Source of the DNA: Massalongia carnosa
Lineage: Eukaryota
Length of the DNA stretch: 64,000 nucleotides
Assembly (NCBI GenBank): GCA_965645245.1
Contig: OZ287069.1
Location: 682,001 to 746,000, forward strand
Direction of reading: 5' to 3'
Below are positions 1 to 14,870 of this stretch, piece after piece (position 1 is the stretch's first letter; every line of letters starts with the position of its first letter). The notes beneath the pieces were generated by a model. The model worked only from the letters and a program-made list of their open reading frames with translations, had not been told where the DNA came from and ran no database searches. Made by a program: the position numbers and the translations under genes.

Positions 1-933
1 GGGCCAGGTGCTCAGAGCAATCTCCGTTTCAGCGCATTGATGACGAGCCGCTGGCTTTCGTTCGGTCGAGTTTTATTTAGCCCCGCCCACATGGAGATTC
101 AGAGTAACCGGCATGATCGTGTGCTTGTCCTTGATGGACTTGGCAATGATGATTGGTCGTTTTACTGCGCGCTGACATATCCCGATGCCACGGTGTACAA
201 TCTCAGTCCTTTCCAAGGCACAAGCGATAACCCCATGAGGAAACAGGAGATTGGCGGGTACCAGTCCCCATCGAATCATCGCCAGATCTATCATACTAGT
301 ATCGCACATCCTTTTCCGTTTCCAAAGGGATTCTTCACAGCTGTCGTCTTTCGTTTCCCTGTCGCCAGTTCGGAAGGCGCGTCCTACAATGCCATCTCGG
401 AGTGCAAACGAGTGCTACGCCCTGGTGGCTACTTGGAGATGAGCATCCTAGACCTTGACATGGTGAATATGGGCAATCGCGCTCGGCGAGCTGTTCGGGA
501 GTTGAAGCTTAGGATGCAAAGTGCGGACCCCGATGTATCGTTGAAGCCGGCATCGGATAACATACAGAAGATGCTTGGACGTCGAGGATTTGAGAATCTC
601 AATCGGTGTATTGTCAACGTGCCAATTGCCGGCCATATTTCCGACTCTCGCGCCGCATCGTTTGACGAGAAAGACCTGTCTTTAGGAGACATGCTGAAAG
701 ATTCTTCACGGCAAGGTGACGAGGGTGTCTCGAAGATGGTCGCCAAAGTTGGCCGGTGGTGGTATACCAGATGCTACGAGATGGGTGTTCTTCCCCACGG
801 CGACATGGAACAAAGTATCTGGGCGGATAGAGCTCTGGTAAGAGAATGCGAGAAACGAGAAACAGGGCTCAAGCTCTTGATCTGCTTTGCGCAGAAACCC
901 TCAGCGCCCAAACGGAGGACCGTATCTGTGTGA
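1..933 (+). CDS. C-terminal part of a fungal SAM-dependent methyltransferase-like (Methyltransf_11-type) protein; 5' end outside window
   Basis: VLVLDGLGNDDWSFYCA, PFPFPKGFFTAVVFRFP and ECKRVLRPGGYLEMSILD are class I MTase-like motifs; frame is open from the window edge; stop TGA ends at 933. Confidence 0.8.
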   Translation, partial: GPGAQSNLRFSALMTSRWLSFGRVLFSPAHMEIQSNRHDRVLVLDGLGNDDWSFYCALTYPDATVYNLSPFQGTSDNPMRKQEIGGYQSPSNHRQIYHTSIAHPFPFPKGFFTAVVFRFPVASSEGASYNAISECKRVLRPGGYLEMSILDLDMVNMGNRARRAVRELKLRMQSADPDVSLKPASDNIQKMLGRRGFENLNRCIVNVPIAGHISDSRAASFDEKDLSLGDMLKDSSRQGDEGVSKMVAKVGRWWYTRCYEMGVLPHGDMEQSIWADRALVRECEKRETGLKLLICFAQKPSAPKRRTVSV

Positions 934-3900
934 ACGGATCGAAAAGCCTAACGAGAACGAAAAACCCAACGACAGAAAACATTTTTTTGAAAATATATGA
1001 AGCATAGCGAGCGCCGTACTTTTGGCGTTTTTTGGGGGGGGGGGGGGGGGTATTTATCGATCCAGCGTTTCCAAGCGTGGCATTTTTCTGCGCCTATTTC
1101 TCTTCTCATATCTGACATACTACGACGCATTTACGAAAAGATTACTGGCGCGAGCCACGTATGACTGTTATGAATGAATCTTTTCACGATCCACGAATCT
1201 AACGGAGGCACATCTGGTTAATGGGCTGCTGAATTGCTTTTACACGCTGCAATGGGGAAAGGAAAGATCAACAGGCTTGGGGAGGGGAGAAGGATGCTGT
1301 GATGTTGTATGTGGATATTGCATGCATGTCTACGCTTCTGATGGAGACGGGGGGTGTACTTTTACGACAGACTGTTTTTTCTGGGGTTCCTTATCTATGT
1401 AGGAATCTATCTACATATCTACCTATCAACTGTGTGTTATTGTTGTTGTTGTCGTCGTTGTATTTAAATCCCAACCCGGATCGCAAAGTCGAATGATCCT
1501 ACGTAGACATGTACCACGCGGCGGCGCCTCACTAACTGGGGCTGCTTCCTCCCGACAAGAAAAACGAAACACTACAGCGGGCCCTTTTCTTGCTTTGGCT
1601 TTTTGGGCCTTCTCCACGCCGGCGCCAGCACCTGGTCGAAAGCCGATTCCCCTTTGTCCCCTTTTCCTGTTTCCCCCTTCCTCCTCCCTTTTCCGCTCTC
1701 CTCCGGCTCATGGCCCCAATATCATCAACAGCAGTAACAACAAACAGCTCTTGAATGAAATGAACTGAAATCAAATCTCAAAAATAAAATAAATACCCCC
1801 CCCACCCATTTACCTGAACTTACATACCCTAATCTGCTTTACCCCCTTTCGGCGAATACATACCCTACCCGAACCTTGTCAAAAAAACCCAAAAAAAACA
1901 GACAACACTAATCCGAAATAGTTGGCTAGATTCGCCCCTTGCTGGCTCGCTCGCTGACTGGTTGGTTGGGTTGGGTATATATAACATGCCCAACTATGTT
2001 CGCGGAAATATTACGTGTGTACTCGTGGTAGATATATAATAGGTATGTATGTAGTTTAGGGAGATAGGTAGGTGGGTAAGGTAGCAATTCCATTTCCCTC
2101 CCCTCCCCTTCCCCCCAATAGATAGCCATGAAAGTACGCTTGTAATTACCTATGCTATATTATTTATTCGACCCACCCACCCACTCACTCTCCTCCGACG
2201 ATAAAGAATGAGAAGAAGAGAAGAGAAATTCGGGCAACCAAAAATAAAAGTCCTTCAGTTCTTCTTTACATATCTTTACCCATCATGTCCATCCTCGCCG
2301 GTTCCAACGGGTCTGCGAAACCCTTTGGCGTTTTTGTGTGTGTGTGTAGGTGTGCGGGGGAGCCTTCCCCCCCCCTTCCTGAGTTCGCTGCACTTCGCGG
2401 TTGGGTACGAGAAGGGCTCGGAAGGGTGATGGTAGATGGAGAAGAAGAAGGAAAAATGGAAAAGGAGGTCATCGAGGGGAGAGATGGAAGATCGTTTGGG
2501 GTTGAGAATGGATAATTGGTAGATTTTTTTTAGGAGGGGGGGTGGGGGTGGGGGGAGGCGTGAGGGCGTTAGAGTGGTTATGGAGCAAGCCCCAAGGGGG
2601 TGGGGAATAATTGATGGGAGGGAAATCATGGAGGCTGTATGAAACGGAGGGTTTGACGCGTTATGAAAGGAGGAGTGGTTGATGGAAGGAAAGCAAGGCC
2701 TAGAAATTGCGCTGCAGTCGCGCTGTACAGCTCAACGACCGTGATTGGAACTGCAGCTTTTCCTGGAACCCAAAGCGGTTTAAAGTATCCTACAAATACA
2801 TTGAAACTGGTCTAACTGACGAACTTGCAGGTCGTGGCTGGCGGGGTGGTGTTTGCTCCAGCTTTGTCTGTCATGGTCCATGTTGCACAGGCCATAAGGG
2901 GTGCCTTCTTGCGTGGTCAGGACATGAAAAGGATCGTTGCTGTTGCTGCTCTCGACCAAAGCGACTGGGATTTGGTACAGAGCCAAGTCGGCGTGGAAGT
3001 GGCCTATGGGGCCATCGCACCGTGATAGCATCGTGGCCTCAGAAATCTTGGTAGCTGGGTTCACGAAGTTGGGGAGACTCTGCATACTAAACTATCACAT
3101 GAACGCCATGTGGATATATACGTTAGCAAGTCTACATCTTACTCCCGCTGGTCGTCGTTGGGTGCTTCATCATCGATGAATCGATATACGTATGATGAGC
3201 CCGTCGCAGGTGAAGGCCAATCCCGTGTTGACGAACAGAAGAGGAACAAACAGACTCCTGTTAAATTTCATCACTGCGAATGATCTGAAGGTGACCGGAT
3301 ATGATAAAAGAATACATTGCGCTGTTTTGTATATTGTGGATATGTCAAACACCCTTTCAAACCGTAACATCTGGTCGTTTTGGTCGACCTATCCGCTGGG
3401 CGTTGTTATGAGGTTGGAGGGACGGAATAGTGATATTTATGAGCCGTGTTCATAGAAACCGCTGTCCGCCCGTTTCGTACGCCCTTCGCGGAGTTGAGGG
3501 TGGAACGTTAGACGGGCCCACCATGGGCCAACTCGATGGAACTCTAGGCAAGCAATAGAGGAAGAGGGTTCCAAGAGGATTGACGATCGTGCAGCAACCC
3601 CAAACGGCCAACTAAGTTAGGCACGAATACTTCTTCCAGAGAGAAGCTGCGCGAAGCCTACAACTACAGCATTAACGTGACCAGCAGTGGCAATCGCTTT
3701 CCAGCAATGCCAACAACTACTTACTAGAGAACTTTCTAACTTCCCGACATACCTTGATTAAAAGGATTTTGGTCATTCAAATACCTTTGCTACAATGATA
3801 CCAACTACCCTTGAAAACGGGACCAAAATCAGGGCGATGATGATGAAAGAAGCACAACCATTTCTAGACAAAAGGCGAAATCTCCCCGCAAAATAGGCGA

Positions 3901-4008
3901 CAATCTGCCCACTCAGTGCCGCTCCAAAACATCAAAGTCCACCCTCATCAGGAAATATTTCACATCCCATATTGAAATCTCAAGACGACTTCGTTGAACA
4001 TTTTCACC

Positions 4009-5577
<1,569 letters not shown>

Positions 5578-5885
5578 TGAAACGAGATTGGGACTAGGAA
5601 AGGGAAAGGGATTTTCGTGATTTAAATGGATGCTGGTAGGGGACATTTTTGGTTTATGGAGTCTGATAAGTTGCGAGCCCAGAGTTTTTTGTACATATTA
5701 TATGCAAAGTGTTGTCATTGTGGACCAGCGGTGAGGTAGCCAGTAACGGACAGAACCCGAATACGTAATCTCTATTGCGAGCTCTGAGAGAGCAAAAGGA
5801 TGGCATCCGGGGCTAACTTTGGAAGCTGCGAGATACGAGTTTTGAAGCGGTACCTACCTCACGTTTCCCCTCGCAGGTCAGTCCG

Positions 5886-6934
5886 TTAATCGAACTCGAT
5901 GCGTTTCCCCCGGAACAAGTACCCCCCCGCAAACCTCCCTAAAAAATAGCCCATATACGCCCCCGTAACAATCGTCACAGGCCATTTCTGCCACTCTCGA
6001 TCCCTATGATGTATCGTCAGCCTGGATCCACTTCCCGACGCGCTGCTTGTCAGTCCCGCTAGGTAGCCAGCTCTCCAATGCAAAAGCGACAACAAATGCC
6101 ACTTTTACCCCCTTTCCCCCTTCAAAAAACGACAACGAACAACACAAAACACCCCCAACGTACCAATCCAAAGGTATCGGAACAGCCCCCAACCAAGCCC
6201 CCAGCATAGTCCCCACCGTGCCCCCCCATACCTCATCGAACGGCAAACTGGCGCCGGAGATCTCCCGCCAGATTTTCGCGTTGACGCCATAGACGTAGAA
6301 GAGCGGGAGCGCGGCCAGGATGGCCATGTGCGTGGCGCAGAAGAGGTTGTGCAAGAAGTGAGTGGTGAAGGGCGCGCCGAAGAGGATGAGGATGATGTTG
6401 AGGACGGGAGAGGCGAGGAGTAGGGTTAGAAGGAGGGAGAGGAGCGTGGGCTGGATAGGGAAGACAGGGGAGATTGAGGGTTAGCAGCATGCTTTTTACG
6501 CTGTAATTCGGAAGAACAGATTCTATCCACGGAACTAGAGAGATACTACGTACAATAATCTTCGCGCTGAGATGTGCATTCTGCTTTGGGGGACTCGGTC
6601 TTTTCCGCGCGCCAATGGCCTTCGGGGCTTTTAAGGGCGGATTGGGAGGATTGCAGGTGCTCCCGCTGCTGCCGGATGCAGGGAGACAGGTTACGACGTA
6701 GGCGAGCTGGAGGGCTGCCAGCGGGAGAAGGGTATTCTGAAGGGTGGGAACCGGGTCCGCGACGAGGGCGGGAAAGGCGAGGCCGTAGAGTGTGAGGATG
6801 AGGACTGGGTGGATATAGGTGTAGAGGCGTGCTGCATCGGTCGGGAGGAGGGGGATGGGTTGGGAGGTGGGGATTAGTTTTCGCGAAGGGGGGCCGGTGG
6901 TGGTGGTGGTGGTGGTAGCCGCTGGGGGGGGCAT
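5886..6934 (-). CDS. GPI11: GPI anchor biosynthesis protein Gpi11/PIG-F (multi-exon)
   Basis: [58 protein letters not shown] is the PIG-F signature; ATG at 6934. Confidence 0.9.
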
Positions 6935-8777
6935 GATGGGGGTTTGGTGGTTAGGGCTGTGACTGTGCACGAAGGTGATACAGTATTTAGTGTAGGCTAG
7001 TCGGATGTGGGACTTGTTTGAGGAGCAAGTTGCCAATTACCGTTGATTTGTCAGGGGCTTCGTTTTGACTGTTTGCAAATAGCAATTGATGTCAATGTCA
7101 CCGTCCATGTCACTCTATAAGTATATTTACTGTGTTGGGCAGCGAATCGAAGTGTACATATATGGAGTATGCTCTGCATGAAATCCACTTTTAGAGATTT
7201 CACGTTATTTTTTTTTCCTGTCCCATCATGTGCACCTTATCATATAGAAGACTGCTGTAGCAAGATCTGATGTGAAGCCAGCAAGTTCCTATGCGTTAGT
7301 CCATCCTTTAACACCTTAACCGCTTCGTCTTAATGCATTTCTTTAGCTTCTGATGCTGTGATGGGAAGACCGAAGACTTCTTTGTTGGGACTATAATTGA
7401 CCTCACAATGATTATAGCGCTCATTGCACTAGGAATCGTTCGTTTTCGACTATCAATCAGGCATGATAAAGTGCAATCATGAGAGAAACGTTCACAAAAG
7501 GGTCTTTTTATTGCATCAGCAGTCAGCAAGAACCAACGCGAATGTACAAAGTTCTCTAGCTCTTTAAGAGGGTTGCCCAGATAAAATGGGTGTTAGATGA
7601 AATTTTTGCATCGTTCTAGAAACACAGCAAGGTTAATTCTAGGTTTTCCACCTTATTCTAATACTCGGTCCAGTGTAGTGTATACTTTCACACACTATCA
7701 AAAAGAAGCCATTCTGGCTCTCAGACTAAGCGCTTTCGAGATAATAGAAGACCGCAGTACAGAGTATAATAGCCCAAGTGGCTTTTCTGCTGCCCGAAGG
7801 AGTTCTCAAAAAACGGGATGCCAGCCCCAACAGAAAGACTATAGTGTGGGATAGCGAGATTGTACCTATCACGCTTCCAACGAGGTGGGGTTGGTCGGCA
7901 GGATTTCGGGGCCAGCCAGCATCATACTAAAAATATGTAGATCACATGGTAGCGTTATCGGTCTGTTGTTGAAGCAGCGTTTTCCTTTTTGTGTGGCAGA
8001 GAAAAAATTTTTTGTAGAGAGGATAGTACTGTTTTATGTAGTTCGTATCTTGCCACATCGGATCTTGCTCCATACCTAGTTACTTCCTCCCTGAATTCAT
8101 TGTACAGCGACCTTATTCTATAAGCCATATCCTTAACCGCTATCAGAAAACCCCTATGTTTGTCTAGAACACCGTTTATATCATCAACAATAAGTAATAA
8201 CAAATAGAGTAGGTGGTAGAGTAGCTAGCAGGTGGAGTAAGCGCTGGATAAAAACGCTAAAGGCTATGAACAGGATATGCAAATTGCTTCGATTATGGTC
8301 TTAAGTCATCTCATCCATCAATTGATGATGTGATGAGTTGAATTTATCAAAATGAAAACGAAAGTTGCATCCCATGCGCCGGCTTCCCGGCAGTTATATG
8401 TCCAGGCTTCGTATGGACGGCAATGCCTCGAAACAAGATCTGATGAAACACAAACTCTCAAGCGTGGAAGTATACCCATCACCATAGTGGTAATCCCTCA
8501 AACTGCGAGAGTTTCGGTGGCGACAATGACTGAACCATTAATGAAAATTAATGTACCCATCGTGACTGTCAAAGGGCAGGATCTCGATATTTGGAAGCTA
8601 AGGGTTTGGATGAATCATTATTTATTTGTGGCGTAAAAGCAGAAGATAGAATTGACTGATTAAGATGTATCCCTTCCCGATGCGTCGCATTCTGCTAACG
8701 TTGCCTGTGTGCAGTGGGTATCCGTTTCGGATCTGAGCATGCTGGCGTTGTCAAAGTCCTCTACTATTCCCCCCTGA

Positions 8778-10070
8778 ACAATCTTGAAAACATGGGTTTT
8801 TTGCATGAAGGGTGCAGGAGAGCCAACCAAGATAATCAGACCAATCAAATCAATGGATTTTAGTATTTGGTAGGTCCGCCCTTCTGCTTCAATGACGGCC
8901 GCACATCTATACCACCAGCTATTTACAAGTCCTTCAATGAAATCATCAGGCACGGCCTCCCATGCCTCCCAAATGATGATTCTTAATCGATTCAAAGGCA
9001 TGTTGACCACGTCCCATCTGACCTTCCAATATCGCTCCTGAATCCAATTTTTCATCCAATTCCATACAGGCTTAATGAGATTCAAATCAGGAGAATAAGG
9101 AGGTCATTTGTGAGTACAATTCCCCTTCTTTGCAAATTTCTCGCTGTCAATTTGGATCAATGAGACGAAGCATTGTCCTGCATGTACGTCAATTCAGAAT
9201 GTGCTTTCATCAGAGCTTGAATGCCAAGCAAAATGAATTGATCATATTTGACTGAATCAATACTCCCCCATTCTTTTTCTCAAAAGACAGCTGAACCCTT
9301 TCTTCTCTGATATATCCTTTCATGAAACATCCATGCAGAAAATTTGCTGTACTTTTGTTAAACGTTTGATTCTGCATATCTGTCAGAGTCATCTTCTTTG
9401 ACCGTGACGTACGATGTGATATGTGCTCCTTCATTCGCTCAAACTTCGTCAGAAAATATCTGATTATATACCCGTTCGCGCGACCAGATGATTGCTTCCT
9501 GAGCGAATTGAAGACGAAGATTTTCCACACGTGAATCGTTCGATAAGCCTTCTTTTTTGCTCGTACGACGACAATTATCAAGCTGACGAAAGGCTGTTTT
9601 CATGACTTTTTCTTTCGTTCTTTTCAAATTCAACTCGGGAACGCGCTCTGGAATATGCCTCCATGATATTCGCGAATGAGAAAGCGATAGATAAATGAAG
9701 CCATCTTTTCAAAGAATTTTCGCTGAGGCGTACGCAAGCAAAGGCTTCCTTCTAGTCTTGTGCTTTTGTGAAATCATGCGTGCGTATGAAATTTGACCTC
9801 GAGTGACATTTAATTTACTTTGAATTTCGGTGTAGGGAACTTTGAATAAAAGAGCTATTTGAGTACCTAATCGTTAATCACGAGACGTTGAATTATTGTA
9901 TTCTTTTCGAGAAGATGACTCTATTGCGACGATAAACTGAATGCGACGGAAGCAACTACTGTACGAAATTCACATTTATTGAAAATCAGCCTCGGTTCGA
10001 GAAGATTCCACTGATTTGATTGGTCTGATTACCCTGCACCCCCATGCAAAAAACCAATGTTTTCAAGTTG
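8778..10070 (-). mobile_element. Degenerate Tc1/mariner-superfamily DNA transposon with imperfect TIRs and a broken DDE_3 transposase
   Basis: Left end CTTGAAAACATGGGTTTTTTGCATG..GGTGCAGG..TAATCAGACCAATCAAATCA matches the reverse complement of about 10009-10070; TA follows at 10071-72. Transposase remnants QDNASSH*, PPYSPDLNLIKPVWNWMK and LVNSWWYRCAAVIEAEG carry stops and frameshifts. Confidence 0.85.
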
Positions 10071-10695
10071 TAAACGAAGGGGTTCCCGAACTGCCACGTT
10101 TGTTCCCGCTCTTTAGATGCGACTAAGCGAGTATCCCAACAATCCATCAATCCATGGATCCCGGCATGCCCGGCATATCTCGACCGGGAAGCTGGGGTTC
10201 ACTAACCCTAAATCCAAGGATCGATTCCAGATTTGCATCTTCTTCTAGCCTGCCGTGGCCCTTGCAGGAAGTGGCCGCGACTTAACCCTAAACAGGTATC
10301 GATTTATTAGGAGGGACAAAGGCTGAAAAAGCCTAACTTGCCAGACCATGCGCCTAGATTCACATTACGCTCACGTCACGGTCTTGTTGCGGAATCGGAA
10401 AGATCCTGCTTACGTTCACTTAGGTAATTAACGCCTAAATTGCTGACGCCTTATATACAGCCAACACCTTTCTGTCTGCTGCTTACAACCTATCATCCTA
10501 TCTACCAACCTCATTTTGCCATGCCTACCAACTCTGTCCTCGACCTCATTTGCCTTTAAATTAGGATTAGTGACTCTATCTCTTCAGTTCTTACAGTGCT
10601 TTCCCAACGGCTACTCAGAGCATCGACATCCATATCCCTCCTTATCAACAGGTCGCCACTCCGTCTACGCCAAAGCAGCTTCTCCTCAAAAAATT

Positions 10696-11279
10696 ATGCG
10701 CTCCTCAAGATCTCCGTCTGACGCCTCTGTGCGCTCAATAACGGAAGAAGCCGAGAGCTACCATATATTTGTAAAGCTCCTCTCTGGAGAAAGTAATGCC
10801 TCCTTTCTTCCAATAAGTTTTCCCTTAAGCTCCCAGTCTAATCCGTTTCGCTAGTGATCCCCTTGTCTATACCCTCTTCAACTACTATAACCACACTACG
10901 CCAACTCCTTTCCCTACGTACCACCCTTCCACCCTCTTCTCTTCGCCTAGTCCACGCCGGCAAACACCTCACCACTGCTTCTGCTTTGACATCGACCCTC
11001 TCCTCGCTTAACATTCCTTCATCATCTACCATCGACATTACCCTTCCCATCCGTGGAGGCATGCCTCCAAAGAAGATTCGATGTACCCACAAAGATTGCA
11101 AAGAGCCCGCGCAGCGCATCGTCGGCGACTGCAGTTTTTGTAGCGGGCACTACTGCGGAAAACATCGCATGCTAGAAGACCACAAATGTAGTGGATTAGA
11201 AAATTGCAAAAAGGAGAGCTACGAGCGAAACGCAGATAAACTGAATAGCGAGAGAACGATGGTTGTGAAGGGAATATAG
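10696..11279 (+). CDS. N-terminal ubiquitin-like domain plus C-terminal AN1-type zinc finger protein
   Basis: Exon 10696-10792, intron 10793-10854. YHIFVKLLSGEMIPL...TLRQLL...LRLVHAGKHL...IDITLPIRGG (Ub fold) is followed by MPPKKIRC-x4-C...CSFCSGHYCGKHRMLEDHKC (AN1). Confidence 0.85.
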
Positions 11280-12284
11280 AAGGAAGCTGGTCCGTCAGAA
11301 AAGGTATTGGAGGACGATGAAGGGGTTTTACTTCTCCTTTGGGCTATCTTGGTTGATTGATAATTCGAAAGGTGGAGAAGGTTGACAGGTACCTGCGGCT
11401 TGAGATTTTTTCGCGGGGTTTTGAGACTAAATCATCTGCTTACATTTAGCGGGCGTGTACCATTTATTTTCTCAGATAATTAACTTCGAATCTGATTCTC
11501 TACCTAAGAATGAATGGTTCTTATATTGTTTACGTTGATTTCTGTTCAAATTCTTTCATACAGACGTCGCCTGCTCTATTTATTATCCTTATCTCGTCTT
11601 TCGTTTCCACCGTGCGACCCAAACTTAAAATTGACTCTCACTTCCCCACTAGCTTTCCGTACTTTTCTTAGTAGACCAGAACTTTCAGCTACTCAATAAT
11701 CCCTTCCTTTGCCTTTTCCTCTTAAAGAGAAAAGAACACCAATTCTGGTAGGACGGCTACCTCTAAAGTTTGATATTAGTGCAATGAGGATTGAAGGGAA
11801 AAGGCTTTGAACACGGTACGAAATTCTGGATAACAAATCATTTGGTTGCAATCCTGACCTCCTTTGGATGGGATCGATACAGCTTACGCTCTGTCGCCGA
11901 TACATATTTAGGTCTATAATCCTTAGTCAATGGCTCTAGTGATTGCCTGTGTACCACGCCGATGGACAATGAGAGTTCAACAGTAAGTCAGGCGGAGAGC
12001 GGCAATGATATATCATGTTGCATCACGGTTCCCATATTTGAACTTACCTTCCTGCCTCTTTTGTTCTTGGCAAATTTTTGGTCTATGAGGTATGTATTAG
12101 TCATGGACTGGTACACAAACCAATCCTTGTTTACTTGTTTCGTTGTGGAAAGCTCGTAACTGAATCTTGAACAATGTTCATGATTTATACTCAGTATGCG
12201 CGCGCTCTCAAGGTTCACTTGTACAGATATTTCCAGGGTTTTTAGTTTTCTCTACCTCAACTGCGCTAAGAATGTTGATTGCAG

Positions 12285-13330
12285 GTTCAACTTCAAACAC
12301 CCAGCCCGTTATGGGTTGGCAGCATGAGTGGCATCCCGTCTTCATAATACTTACTAAAGACCAACGCAAAATACGTATTTCATTTATCCTAAGTTCTAGG
12401 TCTTGTGAAGATGTTCAATTTCCACAGGATTCTTAGCCTGGCATGTACGATGGGAGTGTCTTAAACTCGAAGGTAGTGATCGGTCATAACTTTCATGTCA
12501 ATTCTATCAGCGGAAACTACGCGAAGGGTGATTATGTTGTTGATACTTTCCATTTTACTGGTCAATATCTAGATTTCGTGCAACTTGGGCTTGCATCGGA
12601 GTCGACCACTAAAGGGTTGCGGATACTCGACGATACAACACAGATTTTTGAAAAAGAAAAAGACCCTTATCCGATCATACTTGATATCATGATGCATAAG
12701 GGCACCATCAATCTCAAGGCTTTTAGCTTGTGGTTAGATAATCAAGAAATAGGCCATCTTTGTATGGCGGTATCAATACTGCTAGGTTTAGGGTGAGTTG
12801 GCTACCATTCCTTTGTTACACATTGAATGTCCTCAATATACCCTCTTCACGGTCACTCTCATGAATATCAAGTTCTCAAATGAAGCAAAGCCGATCAAAT
12901 TGCCTTCGGGTACATTTCCTATCCCAGTAACATTGAATTCTGGAGCGCCTTCGACCAAACTTCCTGCCAGCATCGTCAACGAGATTCGCCGCGTTCTGCA
13001 AATTACTGATAGCATTTCTGGGGTTAATATCATCGATTGTAGTCTTATGCCATCCGATCTTACCTTGGATTTTACGTTTGGCACTACCGCGCAACCAGCA
13101 ATGGTAACCATTCCAGTTCCTATGTCTGCACTCTTCCGCCCACACATTGATACAAATCATCCTTCTTTGTGCGAAGTCGACATCGAGCCCAGCACTCTAG
13201 ACTTGTACACATTGGGTGACAACTTTCTCTCAAGCGCTTATGTCGTGTACGACATAACTAATAATTAAATCTCCATAGCGCCAGCAAGGAAATGGAGACG
13301 AGATAGTAATATCATTGAGATTAGTCCATC
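12285..13330 (+). pseudogene. Yapsin/pepsin-like (A1) aspartic protease pseudogene
   Basis: GTINLKAFSLWLD, LYGGINTARF (shifted frame), PVTLNSGAPST, LGDNFLSSAYVVYDITNN*ISIAPA; frameshifts near 12760-12800 and stop at 13266; both DTG/DSG catalytic motifs are degenerate. Confidence 0.8.
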
Positions 13331-14870
13331 CAGGATTTTCCAACGGCCAGTAAGCATGAATACTGACTCCTATAATTTAGAGAGCCAGGGTGAACCCGAA
13401 GCTGGAGTACTATATGATTCCATGACATCAGGTAATACCGTGAACCTAGATGATGCTGCTTCTGCGTAGGATCGAGTGTCTCCCAAATAAGTTAGCATCT
13501 GCCTAAAATATAGGGCTGGTATGGAGGCCAGTAGAGGCATCCGGCTTCGATTCGATTTCAGCCGTAACAGAATCCCCCTTTTCAGACCAACCCGACGGTT
13601 CTTATATGTAAAACACTGATAACGTAGACAACCTGTACTTTGCGTCCGTGGACATAGGATTGTTTGATTCCGCTGCCGTAAGCGATCCAAGCACGATCGC
13701 AGGAAACGATATTTTCGTAGCGACACTTGATAATGGGCTCGTTCAACTCTATCTGATGATAAAGCCTTGCTCCAGAGTAGCAACTTACTTTCTGCGCGGC
13801 GCATGAGGAGAACCCGCAGGGATGATTGAAAACAGGACAAAACAGAGAGAAGGCCATATTTTTCCAAAAGATGCCACAGCCGCCATAGTTCTTCTTAATC
13901 AAAGCTATATTTCATGTACCTTTTTATATCGCGCCACCCTCCCCTTTTCGTTCTTTTTACGACCCAGAAATATCTCCGGCATTGCCTCTTTGGAGTTGAC
14001 TATGCTATTGGATCCCATATACTTGCAAAGTATTAACTGCAGTACTTTTTTTTAGAAGGGAAGAAGGGAGAGTTTTTAGGGGTTAATGCCAATTCTTATT
14101 ATATTCTTATCGTAGCTCGCCCATGGCGTGGCTATCAGACCCCCTATTATAAGTCCACCATACGAACAGGTAGGTATATCCAAAACCTCGAAGTCACCTT
14201 CACATGTCAAACTTGCCGGAATGGATTTTACCACTGTCAAAGAGCTCCATCATCAACGAAGCATTCGCATCTACAGCGTGGAGGGTGGCAGGTTGCCTTC
14301 CTCGTCTTATGTAGGTGGACAGGTCTTAACTCCTCGCATGGATATCCGAACTAATATCATCTACTTTACCTACATACTCGTAGGTAAAGAGGGGGGGGGG
14401 GATATGAGAGGACGCAAGAAGAGTAAGAAGGGATAGAAGATAGGACTAGATAGACAGAAAGGTAACGAGGGAAGGAAGGTGTATCCGTGTACGAAAGGAG
14501 TGAAGGAAATAGAGAAATGGTGTATGGTGTATGATGTATGGAAGAGTTTCGTATGTGGGGAGATGGACGGGAAGATTAACGGAAGGATGTGGAAATTTCA
14601 GAATTTGGGGATGGAGATGGGAGTGGGGGGGATTGCTGAAAGAGAAACCAACAAAATATAGGTATGGGGGCATAGGAGATGAAAACGCGATTCAAGGCGT
14701 GTTTCTCCCTAAGGAGTGCTCTATCGGCACCTGGACCACCGTAATATGCACTTTACATACACCTCTAAAACCCAAGTTTCTAATGCTGCGTTTCGAAACG
14801 TGTTTTCATCGCCACGGGAAAATCCAAGCTCGGAAAACGGATGCCGGGAAAAAATGGTTACCTGTTCTGG

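Noticed and set aside
940..2700. Many short ORFs, poly-G/C runs and (TACC)n tracts
   Set aside because: Low-complexity intergenic DNA; no recognisable protein motifs or coherent splice structure
2780..3271. Possible small secreted gene on the minus strand (MKFNRSLFVPLLFVNTGLA...)
   Set aside because: Signal-peptide-like start, but I could not build a consistent exon chain or recognise a family
7300..8700. ORF fragments such as 7955-8203 (-)
   Set aside because: May be a decayed gene, but has no identifiable homology
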